NCBI GenBank assembly: GCA_000320545.1
Contig: ADNK01001076.1
Coordinates: 124,001-188,000, forward strand
Direction: 5' to 3'
Source: Bigelowiella natans CCMP2755
Taxonomy: Eukaryota > Protista > Cercozoa
DNA: 64,000 nucleotides
In this document: positions 58,813 through 64,000 of the stretch, piece by piece
Numbering within the stretch: the stretch's first letter is position 1
Layout of the letters: each line of letters starts with the position of its first letter
The notes under the pieces: generated by a model
What the model saw: only the letters and a program-made list of their open reading frames with translations
Databases searched by the model: none
What the model was told of the DNA's origin: nothing
Position numbers and translations under genes: made by a program

Positions 58813-60900
58813 TGATCAGGAGATAGAAAGAATTGAATCATCACAGGGAGGTGCAGGAATGGCTTTAGATATTGGATGCGGGTTTGTAAGAATACGCACA
58901 TAATAGTAATAATGTACTGTTATTATGTCCATGGAAATTATAATATGATGATGATGATGATAAAAATGAGAGTGATAATGATGATGGTGATGATGATTGT
59001 AATCCAAATCAGAAACGTAAGATGATGATATTGATGATCATCATCATCATAATTCAAACCAGATACATGAGACGACAACCACCCCCCCCCCCCCTTATCA
59101 TAATAAAAATACAACATTTCATAAAACTAGTCATAATTTACCATTTACCCCCCCGCAGCATGATCGTAGAAAAACAAACAAATGAATATCATCATCATCG
59201 CACATGAAGAGAAGGCTCATGTCGTAGTAGGCTCATAAACAAAAGCCGTTTGTGTCGTAGTATATATAGTCTTGATTCATGCTGTCATTCAGTAGTAAAA
59301 CTGCTGATGGGAATAATCAATCAATGAATTAATGAATCACAACACTATGTTTTCCTCTTTTACTACTTCTTCTTCTTTCTCACCATTATCGTCATCGTCG
59401 TTGTGATGATGAGTTACTCATGCCTCCTCAAAACTACTACTATTATTATTACTATTATCATCTAGATCAGGTCGTGATGTGGTGAGGCTTCTTTGTCGTG
59501 GATGGACTGTCTTTGGAATTGATAACATGGTAGTAAGTAGGTAGGTAGGTAGGAACGTGCAGCATAGGAGGAGTCATATTTCTCATGAGATGATGGAGGA
59601 TTATGCTGATGAGATGTGTGTGCTATGTCAATATAATCAAATACAATAACGATAATTAATAATGATAATAATAATAATAATAAATGATGATAAAAGAGGA
59701 TATCAATAGCAAGCCAGATAGCTCATTAAACAGAGGATGTAGCATACATACCAATTTGCAGCAGCACCTGCACCAGCAAAATTTTCTTCGGATATTATCT
59801 GAAAAGTTGTTGGTATGCATTATGCAGCAGTCGTTTCTTCTTCTTCTTCTTTTTCTTCTTATTATTATTGTTATTACATGTTCTCAAAGACTGCTCGCTA
59901 CAGCACGCAGTACTATTACTACTATTACTACTACTGCTACTACTACTAGTAGTAGTAATAGTAGCATAATAGTAGGCTTGTTCTGGAATATGAAATGCAA
60001 TATAAAAGAAGTTGCTTTGGTGTTTGATATGATAATGTAACCCTAATCAGCACCATGCCCTCCTCCTCTCTCACTGCTATGTGTGGTGGAGTGTGGGAAT
60101 GTACCTGTATATTATCAATATTATTATTATTATTATTATTATTATGTGTCATATGTCAGCAAAAGGCTTTGGACAGATGCCAGGATCTTGCTACGAGGCA
60201 AGGGTGTTAATCAGTTGTATATTTTCTTAAAAAGTAGTACATTAAACAAAATATAATCATCATCATCATCCTCATCATCATCATCAATCATAATCCATCT
60301 GAGAGTTAAATTTACTGATGATCGTGCACTTGAGTGCTACACTTAAGTGCATGTTTTATCTTATGATAGGTTGTCAGTTTGTATTCTTAAACATCATTTA
60401 TCAGATTCCAAAATGAGCTCTATACCATATGTGTCTCCCTCAAAGGTATTTGTAGAAGAATAAGATGATTAGATGATGATGATGATGATAATGATGATGA
60501 TGGTGGTGGTCAGGCATGAATACTTTAGTATTGAAATGTTGGTGATGGTGATAAAGTACCACAATTATTACTATTATCACTAGAGACGGGTTCACTGGAA
60601 CGTGTACTCCTCAGGAAATTTGGTATATTATCATCGTCATCATCATCATCATCATTATCATAATAATTATTACCATTACTTCCTACTAATAATAAACCTT
60701 GTCACACCACATGATGTGTGTGACGAAATCAAGAAAAAAGAAGAAGATAATGAAAAATGTTAAACTAAAATATTGTTATGTAATGGAAGAAGAGGAAGTA
60801 GAAGAAAAGGAGATTAAGATGGGAAAGCAGGAGCAGCTGCGCTTTGATCTGGTTCCCAGCAGCAGCAGCAGTTTATAACATTGATAAGAAGAGAATACAC

Positions 60901-60937
<37 letters not shown>

Positions 60938-60958
60938 TCTACTTGATTGCTCCTATAT

Positions 60959-60990
<32 letters not shown>

Positions 60991-61339
60991 ATATATCAGA
61001 GACTACTAACACATCAGGTTCAACCCATATACAACACATGCACACACACACACACACACACAAACTGATACTGCTACTACTACTGCTACTACTACAATCT
61101 CCATCACTAGATAATCGTGAGCCGATTTCATAACAAAGAACTGCTGCCTGATATAGGCCGGACATTAGGTACTACTCTACTACTGTTACTTCTACTACTA
61201 CTGCAACTACTACTACTTTCATGTGTGATAGTACTACTATTACTGTAAAACTTTTGTTACTACTGCTGCTGCTACTACTTGCGAGTTGTATGTATGGAAA
61301 TAAATGGTATTTTGTTGGTTTGTACGGATGACACCCCAT

Positions 61340-61377
<38 letters not shown>

Positions 61378-62101
61378 GGTTCTACCACCACTTCTTCTAT
61401 CATGATTATCTAATTGTTAGCTCCTGGAGGCTACCTTTTGTACCATACATTCATGATGGAATGTGCACGCCCAGTCAAAGAAGGTAAAGAAAAAGAAAAA
61501 GAAGAAGAAAACGAAGAAGAAGAACTGCTATGATCGGAAATAGCAATTATTACAGCATCACACCAGAGCAGATACGATACATAACAATTGCTGCTTTTTG
61601 GACTAGAATTGAAGCTAAAGCCTGGCTATCTCTCTTCTTTGGCGGTATTTTTTGTTTATTTACTTACTTACTTACTTACTGCTTGCTACAGGATGATGAT
61701 AATGGTGATGATGACGATGACAATTGAGCGTCATTATATACTGCTGCTACATATGAGTATCAATCACATTATATTTGTCGTCGGCTTCTTGATGTTCTTC
61801 TATGTAATAGTCAAGAAACGAAGGTCCCTGGGGAGGATTGGATCTTGAAGTTATTCGTGACGATGTAGTACTCCTACTGTGCATCCTAACTAACGACAAG
61901 AGGAGTTTATTACTGTGTGATCTTATAGTTATCTCACGTCTTTTACGCACCAACTGTGTGCTTTTATAATTATCTCACGTCTTTTACGCAGTACTTCACA
62001 AACAATCTTCGATACATAATTTGGTGTTACTTTGAATCTTATCCTGCATCATTTGTGTGGGAAAGCGTAACGACCCAAAGATAATTATGCTTCTTCTGAG
62101 G

Positions 62102-62132
<31 letters not shown>

Positions 62133-62246
62133 ACACAATCATATGACGTGTATCAGGTTGGTACCATCCCAGGCACAGCAGGAAAGGTAGGAGGTGAGAA
62201 ACGGATCTTTTCTTATTTTGTTGCAAGAAAGAAGAAAGACAGATGA
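56365..62246 (+). CDS. Rhodanese-like domain fused to a class I SAM-dependent (TehB-like) methyltransferase; many micro-exons
   Basis: LIDLRDREMF..GHLEGCYCIP (rhodanese); ALDIGCG-SGRDVV.L..RGWTVFGIDN, FDLIIVSRF, APGGYLLYHTF and SYFVARK (methyltransferase). The start is uncertain. Confidence 0.8.
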
Positions 62247-63230
62247 CAAACACAAAGCTCCCTGATGAGGTGGTAATGCCGTTGCATATCGCTCATGATT
62301 TTCAGAATTTCAATACATGGTCACATGTCTAGATGTCACATATGTGGCCACAGCTGCGCAATTGCCAGCTGTTAGCTTTGCATGTAAGACGGATGTGATG
62401 AATCAATTAAATTTGTTCAAATTTTTCAATGGTCATCCTCATACATGTAGCTATGCTAGTATGCATGCATATTATCTTATACAGCAGCAGAATGACAATT
62501 GAAGAGATGCAACATGATCATATCACATCCGTTCGATTCCACAGCATCCCGGGGGCATGCGTAGCGCATCTGTGCTGTGTGGTAATAGTGGTACGCGTAT
62601 ACATGCATCACAGTCACGCACATGTTGACCATATCTTTACAGCCAGACTGCTTGCGCTGCTTTGTGACAGCTTTAGTACATTGTCTTGCGCACACGACTG
62701 TTTTGATTCGATGTGTGTGCATCGCACGTGCTCGCGTCACTATATACACATGCAAGTGCATCGAATCAGGCGGTGTACATCACATTTCTAGCTAGACAAT
62801 GATTGCCCCCCCCCCCCTACTAGCCTACTCCGCGCAAATATATATGCATGCATGCGCCGTGCATGTACGTCGTGCCGCCAGTGCATGTGTGGCGTGCACC
62901 ATTTCTCTATCGTCGCTTTTCGCCTCATTAGACGCGACGTACAGCCTTCACAATACACTTCATTGCATTGGCAGCACTGAGGCGCACTCATCACGAGAAC
63001 AGTTCGACCGACCGACCGGAAGAAGGGGAATGTCTGTGATAGATGGTGGCACTGCTTGTGCGCGAGATGTGCTGTCCTGAAACGCTACCAGCCAGTGCTT
63101 GCTTTTGTGATTGTATGCTCTCATGTGGTGGCATAAATCTATTCATCGCAAAGAGAATTTGATCATGCTATGATGTGGTAATGCCAGAATCTTATGATGT
63201 TAAAATCAACAACGAACTGAATGACTGTCA

Positions 63231-63300
63231 TTACAACGCCCAACGCATGTCTGAGTCCTTCAATGAATCGCGTCTAAGTGAAAGAAAACATCATCAATGC

Positions 63301-63352
<52 letters not shown>

Positions 63353-64000
63353 AAATGGGAGCTTCGTAAGTATACAAAATGATAAATCAAAAAGGAATCT
63401 TAATATTGACCACTTCTCAATAATCCTCATTGTTACCCTCTCCTTCGATCAGATTTTTGTAGAAGTAGGGATATTACTATCTACCAAAAATGCTTCCTAC
63501 CAAAATACTTCACCTATTCATTTTTCTGATTCCGAAGTCGCCCTCAGTGCTCTTCCGTATGTGCTCCATGAGCTTAAAGGATGTGGTGTTTGAGTTGAAG
63601 TTTTGACGTGGAGTTGTCACTTTGCTATCATTGGGGATCATCGATTGCATGGTATTGTTGTCACTGTCACTGCCAAGAATAATTCCGTCGGTTGTGTTAT
63701 TCGTGCTTCCTCCCCCAGGCTCTAGCTCAAAGACGATGTCAATACTACGAGCTATCCTATGTGCGTCCTGTAATTCTCTTTTACACTGATTTTCGTTGCT
63801 GATTAACGTATCGTTTATGCTCAAAATACGCATGCCAATTCCAACACCGAGCAGCTCCGCCTGGCCAAGGGGTGTGATTTCTATTACACGTAACCATTTG
63901 TCATATCTAAAGCCGAGCTTGCCGGGCTGGAAGATAATTGTGTATCCTTCTGCAAAAATGGCTTCAAGGTCGTTCTTTCGGTTAGCGTCGCCGCTGCTTG
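63231..64000 (-). CDS. PDZ-like domain protein, 3' part (start lies beyond the window)
   Basis: Open frame from the window edge: YTIIFQPGKLGFRY..RVIEITPLGQAELLGVGIGMRILSIND; spliced last exon RRDSLKDSDMRWAL*. Confidence 0.7.

Noticed and set aside
56365-62246. Methyltransferase as the enzyme responsible for the DNA signature
   Set aside because: It has small-molecule (TehB-like) motifs and no DPPY/NPPY or PC motif; I recognised no deaminase, DNA MTase or polymerase gene in the window

Overview
Gene-dense eukaryotic nuclear DNA, probably from a rhizarian such as a chlorarachniophyte. This is inferred from a polyubiquitin fragment with an extra residue at the monomer junction and from proteins with signal-plus-transit-like leaders. 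I reconstructed about 17 protein genes by hand from GT-AG exons: TIM50, MOCS2A/MoaD, SUGP1-like G-patch, SLC22A18-like MFS, myristoylated EF-hand (NCS/CBL-like), GT14 glycosyltransferase, mitochondrial carrier, RING-like hypothetical, PHO80/U-type cyclin, small mitochondrial-like protein, chromo-PHD-C2H2 protein, TTLL1, PPR, secreted hypothetical, glutaredoxin-like, rhodanese-methyltransferase fusion and a PDZ-like protein. Most sit in head-to-head pairs, and their introns are packed with microsatellites. The main unexplained signal lies in the spacers downstream of genes, where islands of decayed retroelements, duplications and a pseudogene have had the TpA dinucleotide almost erased. There is no TA at all across about 1.25 kb at 51474-52730, and survivors elsewhere are nearly all CTAG or half-sites (CTA/TAG). 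Aligned repeat copies and the ubiquitin pseudogene (Tyr59 TAC->TGC while the neighbouring CTAG is kept) give the direction TA->TG/CA/CG. This points to a context-specific, repeat-targeted A:T->G:C hypermutation, a mirror image of fungal RIP. All counts and exon boundaries were made by eye.
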